Source of the DNA: a cyanobacterium endosymbiont of Epithemia turgida isolate EtSB Lake Yunoko
GTDB taxonomy: Bacteria > Cyanobacteriota > Cyanobacteriia > Cyanobacteriales > Microcystaceae
DNA: 32,000 nt
Assembly: GCF_000829235.1 (NCBI RefSeq)
Contig: NZ_AP012549.1
Location: 2,280,001-2,312,000 of the forward strand
Direction: 5' to 3'
Under the pieces are notes generated by a model that did not search any database, was not told where the DNA came from, and saw nothing but the letters and a program-made list of their open reading frames with translations. This document shows, in pieces, positions 9,798 to 19,723 of this stretch (position 1 is the stretch's first letter; every line of letters begins with the position of its first letter). The position numbers were made by a program, and so were the translations under genes.

Positions 9798-10739
9798 GAC
9801 TGTAAACCCTTATAAACCATAATATTTAATTGATTTATTTATTTTGTTATATTGCTTCAATAAATTTCTAATTTTTAAAGGTAAATAAGGCAAAGTTTTT
9901 AGATTATAACATAATTAAATCTTCCCAAGAAAAAACAATTTTATAGAAAGCTTAAGATTTATTAATACTTTGTCCTTTTACTTTTTTTATTGTAAGAATA
10001 GTCTCGAGATTTTCTATCTTTAAGTCGTTAAATTTACTAAGATAAGTAACAACAAATTATTCCAATAACTAAGACTGTAATTAAAGTCGTATTAAATTAT
10101 TTGACTAAAGTGTTTCAATAGCTGCAACAGTGTGTTTTAAGTCCAATTTAATCATGATATTTAAGTTATGTAAAAATTATTGTATATCTTGATTGTCTTG
10201 TTTCACAATTTTTAATTGTTACATATTAAATAAGGAAGTTAATTAACTATAAACTAAGCAAAAAAATGAAAATAATATTCAATCGTCCAAAAAATAGTAT
10301 CCAATCTCAATCAACTAATAAAGATATTAGTTTTGAGCCTTGTTTGAGCTCTTTAGGCTAAGTAATCTTCCTATTTTTTGAATATAAGTTGACAGTTTTT
10401 TTGTTTCCTTAATGGGTTTTAATATAAAAAAGTCTTACTTTCAGCCTTTGTTTATTAAAACATTGTCATAGCTAGTCCAGGAGAACTATTAATTTAAGCT
10501 GGCATAAGATAGTATACTTGAGTTTTTACGATTAAATCGAAACTCTAAGTCAATGCCACAATCAATATCATCAAAGCGGTCCAACCATTAGTAATCTCTA
10601 TGAGAAGTCAAACTAGGCGATAAATCATAGTTTAGCTTATTTAGCTTCTTGCCTACTCTAATCTTCTCTTATCCTTAAGGGTGAAAATGAACTAAGATTG
10701 ATCTAAAGTATTGTTAACATTCTACTAGCATTCAAGGCT

Positions 10740-11096
10740 ATGCTCTTAAAGTCTACTACTCGTCATATTCGTCTTTATACAGCTGAAGTTAAAAACAGCG
10801 AACTAGTTCCTAGTGATAATGTCTTAACCCTTGATATCGATCCCGATAATGAATTCAATTGGAGTGAAGATTCACTGCAGAAGGTTTATCGAAAATTTGA
10901 TGTCTTGATAGAATCCTACAGTGGAGAAGATTTAACTGACTATAATCTCCGTCACATTGGCTCAAACTTGGAATATTTTATTCGTTCTCTGCTGCAAAAA
11001 GGGGATATTAGTTATAATCTTGGAAGTCGTGTTCTTAACTACAGTATGGGACTTCCTAAAATAGAAAGTCCAGAGACTGAAGGTAATTATAGTTAA
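10740..11096 (+). CDS. ndhM: NAD(P)H-quinone oxidoreductase (NDH-1) subunit M
   Basis: 118 aa. [17 protein letters not shown] ... DPDNEFNW ... [19 protein letters not shown] ... [11 protein letters not shown] closely matches the cyanobacterial NdhM sequences I remember. Confidence 0.9.
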   Translation: MLLKSTTRHIRLYTAEVKNSELVPSDNVLTLDIDPDNEFNWSEDSLQKVYRKFDVLIESYSGEDLTDYNLRHIGSNLEYFIRSLLQKGDISYNLGSRVLNYSMGLPKIESPETEGNYS

Positions 11097-11541
11097 TTCT
11101 TTTTTCAGCTTAAGCTGATAGGGATTCTAGACAAATACTACGCTATGGCTCGAACTACAGTTTTTTTTCTTACCCAATAAGCTGAAAGGTGGGGAAGAAA
11201 GAACGGTCTAACTGGGAACAGCTAAACTATGCTACGCTTTCTTGAATTAAGCATGATGCAAGTAAAGTATCCCCTTGAACCGTAAAGAAGACTAGGCCAT
11301 AGCATGAAAGTAACTTGGTAACTGCTTGGCGACGGTCTTGTCTGAATTGATACAGCTGATGGCAGTATCCCGAAATCAGAATCAGTATCTGAGAGTAGGT
11401 AGCGTCTCTTTAAGTATTTCTCGTCAAAACTAAAGATTTAGTCACAACGTTAGAAACTAACGCTATCAGAAGTAGACAGCCGAACCTCTCTGCGCAGTAC
11501 ATAAAGTTAGTATAAAAGTGTATCAGTTGAAAATTTACTTG

Positions 11542-12336
11542 TTAGGGCAATTTCCATCCTAATCTTGTGGGTTGCTGATAGATTTTCTTCAGTGTATTAA
11601 CATCCCTTACAGAAATAGGAGAAAGACTGCGGACTTGAGAAAAATATAAAGCATCGGTTTTTTGATCGCTGTGTCCCCAAATTCCCAACCCGTGTCCAAG
11701 TTCATGGCGGGAAGCTGATAAGATTGATGATTGACTTAAACTAGGACTAATCTTAATAGTCATACGATGGCGCAGAATAGGAGGACTATCCTGAGTCAGA
11801 TAAAAATTATAACTAGTTTGGGCTGATCGCGCCCTAGGGATTTTTAGTTGTCTAGTTTCGGAATCAAAGCTGGCATCTAGGGGAGGCTCAGTTCTTTCTA
11901 TAACAATATCTGCTAGTTGTGGATCTTTTACTTCTAGTAAAGGCAAAAAGTCTTGCCACTCTGAGATCGCCTCCATAACAGCGTCTACCCACTGTCGAAA
12001 ACGACGGGTACTTGCGACGGCAAGATCATTCAGATTAGTAGGACGATCCAAATAAAATTTAATAGGAAATTTCGACCAAATTAAATAGCCTGCAGGACTC
12101 AATGATATTTGGTCAAAATAATCCCCTGAGTCTTTTGAATCTCGCCATTCAACTAGGGTTAAGGGTAGGGGATGTGGGTGTAAAGGGGGCAAGAATCTTT
12201 CTAAGTCATCCCTTTGAGCATTCAAGGGTTGAACCCAAAATATGATCAACATAGTCATCCAGACTATGCCCAACAAAAAAGGAGATTTCCACAAGAAACC
12301 TTTTCTTTGATTGAAAATATTAGTCATCCGCTGCAT
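11542..12336 (-). CDS. Membrane-anchored matrixin-like zinc metalloprotease
   Basis: 264 aa with an N-terminal hydrophobic anchor (FLLGIVWMTMLIIFWV) and a C-terminal zinc motif HELGHGLGIWGHS. The HExxH is followed by Gly and a third His one residue later than in the canonical metzincin HExxHxxGxxH. Confidence 0.7.
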   Translation of the reverse strand: MQRMTNIFNQRKGFLWKSPFLLGIVWMTMLIIFWVQPLNAQRDDLERFLPPLHPHPLPLTLVEWRDSKDSGDYFDQISLSPAGYLIWSKFPIKFYLDRPTNLNDLAVASTRRFRQWVDAVMEAISEWQDFLPLLEVKDPQLADIVIERTEPPLDASFDSETRQLKIPRARSAQTSYNFYLTQDSPPILRHRMTIKISPSLSQSSILSASRHELGHGLGIWGHSDQKTDALYFSQVRSLSPISVRDVNTLKKIYQQPTRLGWKLP

Positions 12337-12429
12337 AAGCTTACAATTTAGACAAGAAAAGAGTTTCCACCTCGGATTTCCACTCCCTTATATAACCGAA
12401 TGTAAACATCGAAACACTCTGGTTATCTA

Positions 12430-12666
12430 CTAAGACGGGTTTAACCATCCTGCACTCAAAACAATAGTTAGGGCAATAAAAACTGTACTTAACGTCCATG
12501 TAATTTGATTAAGAGTTTTTTCAGCACTTTTAGCACTAGTAAACAACTGTGCTTGTCCTCCAATACCCCCAATACCGTCCCCTTTGGGACTATGTACAAG
12601 AACAGAGACAATCAACAAAGCAGCAGAAACCACCCAAATAACTTGTAGTAGTTGTCGAAGAGTCAT
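12430..12666 (-). CDS. secG: Preprotein translocase subunit SecG
   Basis: 78 aa with two TM segments separated by a Gly-rich loop (SPKGDGIGGIGGQAQLF). It lies 29 nt downstream of gpmI on the same strand. Confidence 0.85.
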   Translation of the reverse strand: MTLRQLLQVIWVVSAALLIVSVLVHSPKGDGIGGIGGQAQLFTSAKSAEKTLNQITWTLSTVFIALTIVLSAGWLNPS

Positions 12667-12695
12667 AAATATTCAATTCCTTGATCAAGAAACAA

Positions 12696-14294
12696 TTAAC
12701 GAGCAAGCCAAATAGCAGTACGATTAGTTTTGAACTCAACCGCAATAGGTTTAATCAATGATTGCCCTGTCATTTCTTTTGGCTGTGGTAATTGTAATAT
12801 TTCAAGTATAGTCGGGGCAACATCTGCGAGTCGTCCATTATCTCTGAGTTCAACAACTCCCCCATGGCCAAAAATTTTCCGCTTTTCTCCTTCAACTACA
12901 ATTAAGGGAACAGGATTTGTGGTGTGGGCAGTCCAGGGATTTCTTTGTTCATCACGCATTAATTCAGCGTTACCATGATCGGCAGTAATTAAGGCGGTTC
13001 CTCCCATTTTACTAATACTGCTTAATAACTGTCCTAAACAATTATCAACAGTTTCCACCCCTTCAATTGCTGCTTCTATGTTGCCTGTATGACCGAGCAT
13101 ATCAGGGTTGGCATAATTAATTACCACTAAAGTGTAAATCCCCTTTTCAATAGCAATACGGGCACGGTTCGTAACAGCCTCTGCCGACATGGCCGGAGAT
13201 TTATCGTAGGTGGCTACCATAGGACTTGGTATTAACTCTCGATCCTCTCCTTCAAAGGGATTTTCCGAGCCTCCATTGAAGAAATAGGTAACGTGGGGAT
13301 ATTTTTCAGTTTCCGCAATGCGAAATTGGTTTAATCCTTGACGGGCAACTATTTCCCCTAAAATATTATTGAGGTTTTGGGGGTCAAAAGCTACTTCAAC
13401 AGGGAGATTAGGATCATATTGAGTAAAGGTAACAAAACTCAGGGGACAAATTCGTTGCCGTTCAAATCCATCGAACTCAGCCAAGGTCAAAGCATAACAC
13501 ATTTGCCGTGATCGGTCGGGACGGAAGTTAAAAAAGATTATTCCATCTCCCGGTTCCACCGCGCCTGGGGCAATGCGGGTAGGAAGAATGAACTCGTCGG
13601 TGATATTTTTGCTATAGAAATCTTTAATCACATCGACAGTTGATCGGCTATCTCCTATGCCATCTAGAGTTATGATATCGTAGGCTTTTTTTACACGATC
13701 CCAACGGCGATCACGATCCATCGCATAGTAACGACCACTAAGAGTAACAATACGCCCCAATCCAATTTTCTTGATATAAGACTCAAGTTTTTGAATGACA
13801 TTTATCCCTTCAGTAGGGTAAGTATCCCGTCCATCAGTAATGGCGTGAATACACACTTGTTGAAGAGTTTGCTCCTTCGCTAAATCTAATAATCCCAACA
13901 GATGATCGAGATGAGAATGGACCCCTCCCTCGGAACATAAACCGATTAAATGTAGTTTTCCTTGACGAGAATGAACTTCTTGACAAATTTTTACTAACTG
14001 AGAATTTTTTAATAATGAGCCGTCTTTTACTGAATCGGAAATGCGAACTAATTCTTGAGGAACTATGCGACCAGCCCCAAGATTGAGATGTCCTACTTCT
14101 GAGTTACCCATCTGACCTTGGGGCAAACCGACATCTTTCCCAGAAGCTTGGATTAGAGTGCGAGGATAAGTAGTCCAAAGGCAGTCCATGACTGGAGTTT
14201 TTGCTAAAGCAATGGCGTTGTTTTCCATGAATGGGCGATAACCCCAGCCGTCTAAGACCACCAGTACCACTGGAGATACAGGTGCTTTTGCCAT
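12696..14294 (-). CDS. gpmI: 2,3-bisphosphoglycerate-independent phosphoglycerate mutase
   Basis: 532 aa with iPGM hallmarks (VVLDGWG, GNSEVGHLNLGAGR, ITDGRD, ADHGNAE). Confidence 0.95.
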   Translation of the reverse strand: MAKAPVSPVVLVVLDGWGYRPFMENNAIALAKTPVMDCLWTTYPRTLIQASGKDVGLPQGQMGNSEVGHLNLGAGRIVPQELVRISDSVKDGSLLKNSQLVKICQEVHSRQGKLHLIGLCSEGGVHSHLDHLLGLLDLAKEQTLQQVCIHAITDGRDTYPTEGINVIQKLESYIKKIGLGRIVTLSGRYYAMDRDRRWDRVKKAYDIITLDGIGDSRSTVDVIKDFYSKNITDEFILPTRIAPGAVEPGDGIIFFNFRPDRSRQMCYALTLAEFDGFERQRICPLSFVTFTQYDPNLPVEVAFDPQNLNNILGEIVARQGLNQFRIAETEKYPHVTYFFNGGSENPFEGEDRELIPSPMVATYDKSPAMSAEAVTNRARIAIEKGIYTLVVINYANPDMLGHTGNIEAAIEGVETVDNCLGQLLSSISKMGGTALITADHGNAELMRDEQRNPWTAHTTNPVPLIVVEGEKRKIFGHGGVVELRDNGRLADVAPTILEILQLPQPKEMTGQSLIKPIAVEFKTNRTAIWLAR

Positions 14295-14748
14295 AATTGT
14301 TCACCTACTTAATTTTTAATTTTATGCACATAGATGATACCACCGACTTTTAGAATCTGTTTATTCTTTAACATTTTTCTAGACAATTTTAGGAAATAAA
14401 TTTGCTGATTTCAACTATTTTTACCAAAATATCGATTTCATCGTTTATCGCACCTGCGATATATCTTAAATTAATCAACATACCTTTATAGATTTTGTTA
14501 TTAAGTATATTTTGTTTAAAATATCATCTGTAATACAAAACCTATTTTTATACATTACGGTAGAAAAAAAGAAGATAAATTATTCCAAAACCCGTATTTT
14601 ACTTAAAAAGTACCAAAACTGATGTTTCATCTAATAACAGTTTCTTAAAGTTTATTCCAAACTCACTTTTATTAAATTTGCTAATCTTAAGGACTAAGGA
14701 GACTCTATCAATTTAATTAATTCCTACTTTCCAATTCTAAATACAATT

Positions 14749-16548
14749 ATGAACTTAATTGTCCAAAAATACGGTGGAACTTCTATAGGTTCTGTAAGAC
14801 GAGTTAAGATAGTAGCACAACGCATCCACGAAATAGCCCAAAAGGGCAACCAAGTAGTAGTTGTGGTTTCAGCTATGGGCAAAACCACTGACATATTAGT
14901 CCAATTGGCTTCGGAAATTACCCCCGCCCCCTGTCGTCGAGAAATGGATATGTTGTTGTCAACAGGAGAACAGGTCTCTATTGCTTTGATGAGTATGGCT
15001 TTGCAACAATTGGGTCAGTCAGCAATCTCTCTAACTGGGGCGCAAGTTGGAATCATTACCGAAGCTGAATATAGTCGCGCCCGTATTGTATCCATTAAAC
15101 CCCATCGTATTCAACGCCATTTAGATCGAGGTGAAGTAGTCGTAGTAGCAGGATTTCAAGGGATTAGTAATGAAACTGATTTAGAAATTACTACCTTGGG
15201 ACGAGGAGGATCAGATACTTCTGCGGTAGCTATTGCAGCTTCATTAAAGGCGAGTTGCTGTGAAATTTATACTGATGTCCCTGGCATTTTAACCACAGAT
15301 CCACGTTTGGTTTCTGATGCTCAATTAATGAGCGAAATTACCTGTGATGAGATGTTAGAGTTAGCCAGTTTAGGAGCTAAGGTTCTCCACCCAAGAGCGG
15401 TGGAAATTGCACGAAATTATGGAATTCCGTTAGTAGTCCGATCAAGTTGGAGTCTTGCCCCAGGAACTCGTGTTATTTCTCCTATTCCTAAACCCAGATC
15501 CATTAATGAGTTAGAACTAACTAAAGCAGTAGACGGGATAGAATTTGACCCTGATCAAGCTAAAATAGCTATATTACGGGTTCCCGACTGTCCTGGAGTA
15601 GCAGCGCGGTTGTTTGGCGAAATTGCTAACCAACAAGTAGATGTGGACTTGATTATTCAGTCCATTCATGAAAGCAATAGTAATGATATTGCCTTTACCG
15701 TGGTCAAAAAAATATTAAATAAAGCCGAAGCGGTAGCTGAGGCGATCGCTCCTTCCTTAAGAACTTCTTCAACTAACAGTGACGAAGCCGAAGTTCTGAT
15801 AGAAAAGGAGACAGCTAAAATTGCCATTGTAGGGGCGGGAATGATTGGACGGCCAGGAATTGCCGCTAAGATGTTTAAAACTCTGGCTGATGCTCAGATT
15901 AATATTGAAATGATTGCTACGTCCGAGGTGAAGGTAAGTTGTGTCATTGCCTCTGACAATGGCAATCGTGCCATTGATGCCTTGTGTAAGGCATTCGATG
16001 TCAAGTTATCCAAAATTCCGGTAGCCCCTGAAACTGTTAAAGTCTCTCCTCCTGTTCGGGGAGCCGCCCTTGACACAAAACAAGTTCAAATTGCTTTACT
16101 TCATGTTCAGGATCGCCCTGGGATGGCATCTAGGATTTTTGGGGCTTTAGCCGACAAAAATATCAGTGTCGATACGATTATTCAATCTCAACGTTGTCGC
16201 ATTGTTAATGGAATGCCCACTCGCGACATTGCCTTTACGGTTGCCCAGGAGGATTTACAAATTGCTCAGACTTCTCTAGCAATCCTTTCAGATAGCTTCA
16301 CTGAGATGATTATTGATACAGATATTGCTAAAGTGAGTGTTGTTGGAGCAGGTATGGCTGGACAACCTGGAACAGCTGCTAAATGTTTTAAAGCTTTAGC
16401 CAAGCAAAAAATTAATATTAAAATGATTGCTACCTCAGAAATTAAAATCAGTTGTGTGGTGGCTAAAGCAGAAGGTATACAAGCATTGAAAGCAGTGCAT
16501 AAAGCTTTTGGATTAGCAGTACAAGGAATTCTAGAAGTCTCTGGCTAA
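14749..16548 (+). CDS. lysC: Aspartate kinase, long cyanobacterial form with duplicated ACT-domain pairs
   Basis: 599 aa. The N-terminal kinase domain has QKYGGTS, VVVVSAMG and GRGGSDT. It is followed by two tandem copies of the ACT pair region (IAIVGAGM...IEMIATSEVKVSCV and VSVVGAGM...IKMIATSEIKISCV). Confidence 0.95.
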   Translation: MNLIVQKYGGTSIGSVRRVKIVAQRIHEIAQKGNQVVVVVSAMGKTTDILVQLASEITPAPCRREMDMLLSTGEQVSIALMSMALQQLGQSAISLTGAQVGIITEAEYSRARIVSIKPHRIQRHLDRGEVVVVAGFQGISNETDLEITTLGRGGSDTSAVAIAASLKASCCEIYTDVPGILTTDPRLVSDAQLMSEITCDEMLELASLGAKVLHPRAVEIARNYGIPLVVRSSWSLAPGTRVISPIPKPRSINELELTKAVDGIEFDPDQAKIAILRVPDCPGVAARLFGEIANQQVDVDLIIQSIHESNSNDIAFTVVKKILNKAEAVAEAIAPSLRTSSTNSDEAEVLIEKETAKIAIVGAGMIGRPGIAAKMFKTLADAQINIEMIATSEVKVSCVIASDNGNRAIDALCKAFDVKLSKIPVAPETVKVSPPVRGAALDTKQVQIALLHVQDRPGMASRIFGALADKNISVDTIIQSQRCRIVNGMPTRDIAFTVAQEDLQIAQTSLAILSDSFTEMIIDTDIAKVSVVGAGMAGQPGTAAKCFKALAKQKINIKMIATSEIKISCVVAKAEGIQALKAVHKAFGLAVQGILEVSG

Positions 16549-16990
16549 TAATTTAGATAATTAAAGTAATAACGGCATCAATCTAAATCCTTGAATTGAC
16601 TATTAGGCTTTTAGGTAAAGCAGTTCTTGACGAGAGATTAGTACTATATAATCAATTAAAGTAAATGAGCTTAACTAAGTATTTTCTAGAAAAATAGTTA
16701 ATTAGAGAGAATAATAACGATGGCAAGATGCCATACTTAGTAACAATTACACTAATAAATTAGGAGAGCAAACACGATTAAAGTTTAATTTACCCTCAAA
16801 AATATACTACAAAATGAAAATAAAGAACAGGAATGTTATCTTTAAATATAAAGACATAAAGCTTTCAAAAAGTCTAGATTGGATAAATCTATCAGAAAAT
16901 ACAATTAAAAAATAATTTTGAGATAAATTTTTTAAGAAAAAATATTTTAAAAGTCTCCTAAATATTTACTAGTAAACAGTTATTGAGCTT

Positions 16991-18337
16991 ATGTCATTTC
17001 CTTTTGTTACTCTCAAAACAATTTCTAATCATCAAGATTTAATTATTGATCTCCAGTCTTCAGAATTAGCTCTACAAGGAACTCTTAAAATTCCTGGGGA
17101 TAAGTCGATCTCCCATCGCGCTCTAATACTGGGAGCGATTACTCAAGGGGAAACTATCATTGAAGGATTATTATTAGGGGAAGATCCCCGCAGCACTGCT
17201 GCTTGTTTTCGAGGAATGGGGGCTGAAATTTCTCCTCTCAACAGTGACCGCATTACTATCAAAGGGGTAGGACTAGCAAATTTACAAGAACCTATAGATG
17301 TCCTTGATGCTGGCAATTCAGGCACAACCATGCGGTTAATGCTAGGGTTACTAGCTTCTCATCGAGGTCGTTTTTTTTGCATCACGGGAGATAATTCTTT
17401 GCGATCACGTCCCATGTCTCGTGTAGTTGAACCCTTACAGAAAATGGGAGCGAAAATTTGGGGAAGAAATAATAATTCCCTAGCTCCCCTTGCCATTCAA
17501 GGACACAATCTAACCCCCATCCATTACCATTCTCCCATTGCATCAGCTCAAGTCAAATCTTGTCTTCTTCTAGCAGGATTGATGACTGAGGGAAAAACCA
17601 CAGTCACTGAACCTGCTTTATCTAGGGATCATAGCGAACGAATGTTACAGTCCTTTGGGGCAACTTTAGAAATTGATCCATCGACCCACAGTGTAACCAT
17701 TACGGGAGGAACTCCCTTAACTGGACAAAAAGTGGTAGTTCCCGGAGATATTAGTTCCGCGGCCTTTTGGTTGGTTGCTGGGTCCATTGTTCCACAGTCA
17801 GAATTAGTTATTGAAAATGTGGGGATTAACCCAACTCGAACCGGTATATTAGAAGCATTAGCCATGATGGAAGCTGATATTACCATCGAAAACCAACGAG
17901 TGGTTACAGGGGAACCTGTAGCAGATTTACGGGTGAAACAAAGTTCTCTGAAAGCTTGTGTCATTGAAGGAGAGATTATTCCCCGTTTAATTGATGAAAT
18001 CCCTATTTTGACAGTGGCAGCGGTTTTTGCCCAAGGGACAACTATCATTAAAGACGCGGCAGAATTGCGGTTTAAAGAAAGCAATCGTTTAACAGCCATA
18101 GCCTCCCAATTAAACCGTATGGGGGCTAAAATTACGGAGTTACCCGATGGTTTGGAAATTGTTGGGGGAACTCTCTTAATAGGGCATGAATTAGATAGTT
18201 ATACAGATCATCGCATTGCTATGAGTTTAGCGATCGCTGCTCTCATGGCTAAGGGATTAACCACAATTCATCGTGCACAAGTAGTAGCAGTTTCTTACCC
18301 CAAATTTGTAACTACTCTGCAACATTTGATTAAATGA
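16991..18337 (+). CDS. aroA: 3-phosphoshikimate 1-carboxyvinyltransferase (EPSP synthase)
   Basis: 448 aa with the motifs [28 protein letters not shown] and [13 protein letters not shown]. Confidence 0.95.
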   Translation: MSFPFVTLKTISNHQDLIIDLQSSELALQGTLKIPGDKSISHRALILGAITQGETIIEGLLLGEDPRSTAACFRGMGAEISPLNSDRITIKGVGLANLQEPIDVLDAGNSGTTMRLMLGLLASHRGRFFCITGDNSLRSRPMSRVVEPLQKMGAKIWGRNNNSLAPLAIQGHNLTPIHYHSPIASAQVKSCLLLAGLMTEGKTTVTEPALSRDHSERMLQSFGATLEIDPSTHSVTITGGTPLTGQKVVVPGDISSAAFWLVAGSIVPQSELVIENVGINPTRTGILEALAMMEADITIENQRVVTGEPVADLRVKQSSLKACVIEGEIIPRLIDEIPILTVAAVFAQGTTIIKDAAELRFKESNRLTAIASQLNRMGAKITELPDGLEIVGGTLLIGHELDSYTDHRIAMSLAIAALMAKGLTTIHRAQVVAVSYPKFVTTLQHLIK

Positions 18338-18403
18338 GAACTGTAGGATAGGCAATCGCTGCCCTATAATCAACTCTGAGCATATCCACTGCCACAAATA
18401 CAA

Positions 18404-18427
18404 ACCTAACCAAGATTTTGGTTGGGT
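18404..18427. terminator. Hairpin between convergent aroA and rpmA, a candidate bidirectional terminator
   Basis: acctaaccaa (18404-18413) pairs with ttggttgggt (18418-18427) around a 4-nt loop, with one T-G wobble position. It is flanked by moderately T-rich sequence and sits 67 nt after the aroA stop and 39 nt after the rpmA stop. Confidence 0.45.
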
Positions 18428-18465
18428 CTGTATTTACTGAGACTATTGTTTTAGCCTGTAGAGGC

Positions 18466-18729
18466 TTATTCGTCCGTTACAGGGTAAATACTTACTTTTT
18501 TTTGACTCCTGGTTTTATACTCAAAAGTGACAATTCCATCAATTAAAGCAAAGAGGGTGTCATCACTACCACGACCAACATTGTTCCCTGGATGAACTTT
18601 AGTTCCCCGTTGACGAATCAGAATATTTCCGGCTCTAACAATTTGACCACCATACCGTTTAACTCCAAGTCTTTGCGCTCTTGAATCACGACCATTTCGT
18701 GTACTACCTGTTCCCTTTTTGTGAGCCAT
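18466..18729 (-). CDS. rpmA: 50S ribosomal protein L27
   Basis: 87 aa. [24 protein letters not shown] is a textbook L27 N-terminus. Confidence 0.95.
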   Translation of the reverse strand: MAHKKGTGSTRNGRDSRAQRLGVKRYGGQIVRAGNILIRQRGTKVHPGNNVGRGSDDTLFALIDGIVTFEYKTRSQKKVSIYPVTDE

Positions 18730-18773
18730 TTTTTCCTGTCCTTATTATATGAAGTTATTTCTGTTTTAGAAGT

Positions 18774-19181
18774 TTATCCTTCCTCAGTGGCGCTTGTTAC
18801 CACAGGAGTAATCATTTCTGTTGTAACCATTGATACATCTTCTGAGTCTTCTACAATGACTTTGTCATCAATCTTAATAGCGGTAATCATCAAGCGAGAC
18901 AGTTCTTGGCGATGTCCTCTTTTTTTCCGAGTCTTCTTCTTAGGACGCATTTTATAGACAATAATTTTACGTCCCCGCCTATGTTCCAGAATTTTTCCTT
19001 CAACGATTGCACCTTCAATAAAAGGCTGTCCTATCCTGATTTCTTCCTTATCGTTGACCAATAAAACTTTATCAATAGTGTAGGAGCTGTCAGGGTCGGC
19101 TCCGAGATAATTTATATCGTAAAAACGACCCGGTTTAACACGAATCTGTTGTCCGCCGATCTCAATAATAGCGTAACTCAT
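18774..19181 (-). CDS. rplU: 50S ribosomal protein L21, with an acidic C-terminal extension
   Basis: 135 aa with an L21 core (MSYAIIEIGGQQIRV ... KKKTRKKRGHRQ). About 30 extra residues rich in Asp/Glu/Thr/Val follow the conserved core. It lies 44 nt upstream of rpmA. Confidence 0.9.
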   Translation of the reverse strand: MSYAIIEIGGQQIRVKPGRFYDINYLGADPDSSYTIDKVLLVNDKEEIRIGQPFIEGAIVEGKILEHRRGRKIIVYKMRPKKKTRKKRGHRQELSRLMITAIKIDDKVIVEDSEDVSMVTTEMITPVVTSATEEG

Positions 19182-19320
19182 ACTTAAATAAATTGTCCTT
19201 TTTTTAGTTGCCGTACAGGTAGCAGAGTTAGGTCTTACCTATTTATTTTCATCTATTCTGCTTTTACACCGATGTCTTAACCTGATCCGAGCAGGGATGA
19301 TTTAGACACACTAGTCTAGT

Positions 19321-19349
19321 ATTATCTAGGATTTAACTATTTATGTCAA
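19321..19349 (-). promoter_or_regulatory. Candidate sigma-70-type promoter of rplU-rpmA
   Basis: Read on the minus strand: TTGACA (19349-19344), an exactly 17-nt spacer, then GATAAT (19326-19321). This would give a leader of roughly 130 nt before the rplU ATG at 19181. Confidence 0.5.
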
Positions 19350-19662
19350 TCTCATACAATGAAAAGAATAACTAATAATGATTAATTAAAATCCTTATAA
19401 TTCATTAAGATTAATATAAGTTCTTTCTACTTTTTTGTCAGTTAACTATTTTTTCTACTCTTGATAGATTTTGACTCTTCATATAAACTCAGGAAATTAT
19501 GTATGTAGCTAACTGTTTTTTAAGTAAATATTCGTAGCTAATACCTAGAATAACTTGGTTAGATTAAAACTACTAAAAATACTTATAAAACCTCCCAAGG
19601 AATTCATTTAAATTGATATAATTCAGTCTGGATTGACAGGAAATTATTACGCATTGAAGAAT

Positions 19663-19723
19663 AAAAAAATCAACATTATTAGTCTTTACTGAATATAGAA
19701 AGACTAATAATGTTGATTTTTTT
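19663..19723. repeat. Inverted repeat with 25-bp perfect stem and 11-nt loop, shaped like a bidirectional terminator (A7 - stem - T7)
   Basis: aaaaaaatcaacattattagtcttt (19663-19687) is the exact reverse complement of aaagactaataatgttgattttttt (19699-19723), checked pairwise. It sits in the middle of a 1 kb ORF-free spacer between ndk and rplU. Confidence 0.9.

Noticed and set aside
10266-10361. 31-codon ORF (MKIIFNRPKNSIQSQSTNKDISFEPCLSSLG) in the ppa-ndhM spacer.
   Set aside because: It has no SD, low-complexity composition and no family resemblance. It is probably chance or debris.
12730-12978. 82-aa plus-strand ORF inside gpmI, and the 66-aa minus-strand alternative-frame ORF at 14104-14304.
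   Set aside because: Both overlap the 532-aa iPGM CDS, whose identity is unambiguous. They are frame artefacts.
17629-18099. 156-aa ORF antisense to aroA. A second antisense ORF lies at 17143-17331.
   Set aside because: Both lie entirely within the strongly supported aroA CDS on the opposite strand. Their Ser/Thr/Ala/Arg-biased low-complexity translation is typical of antisense frames, and I recognise no family.
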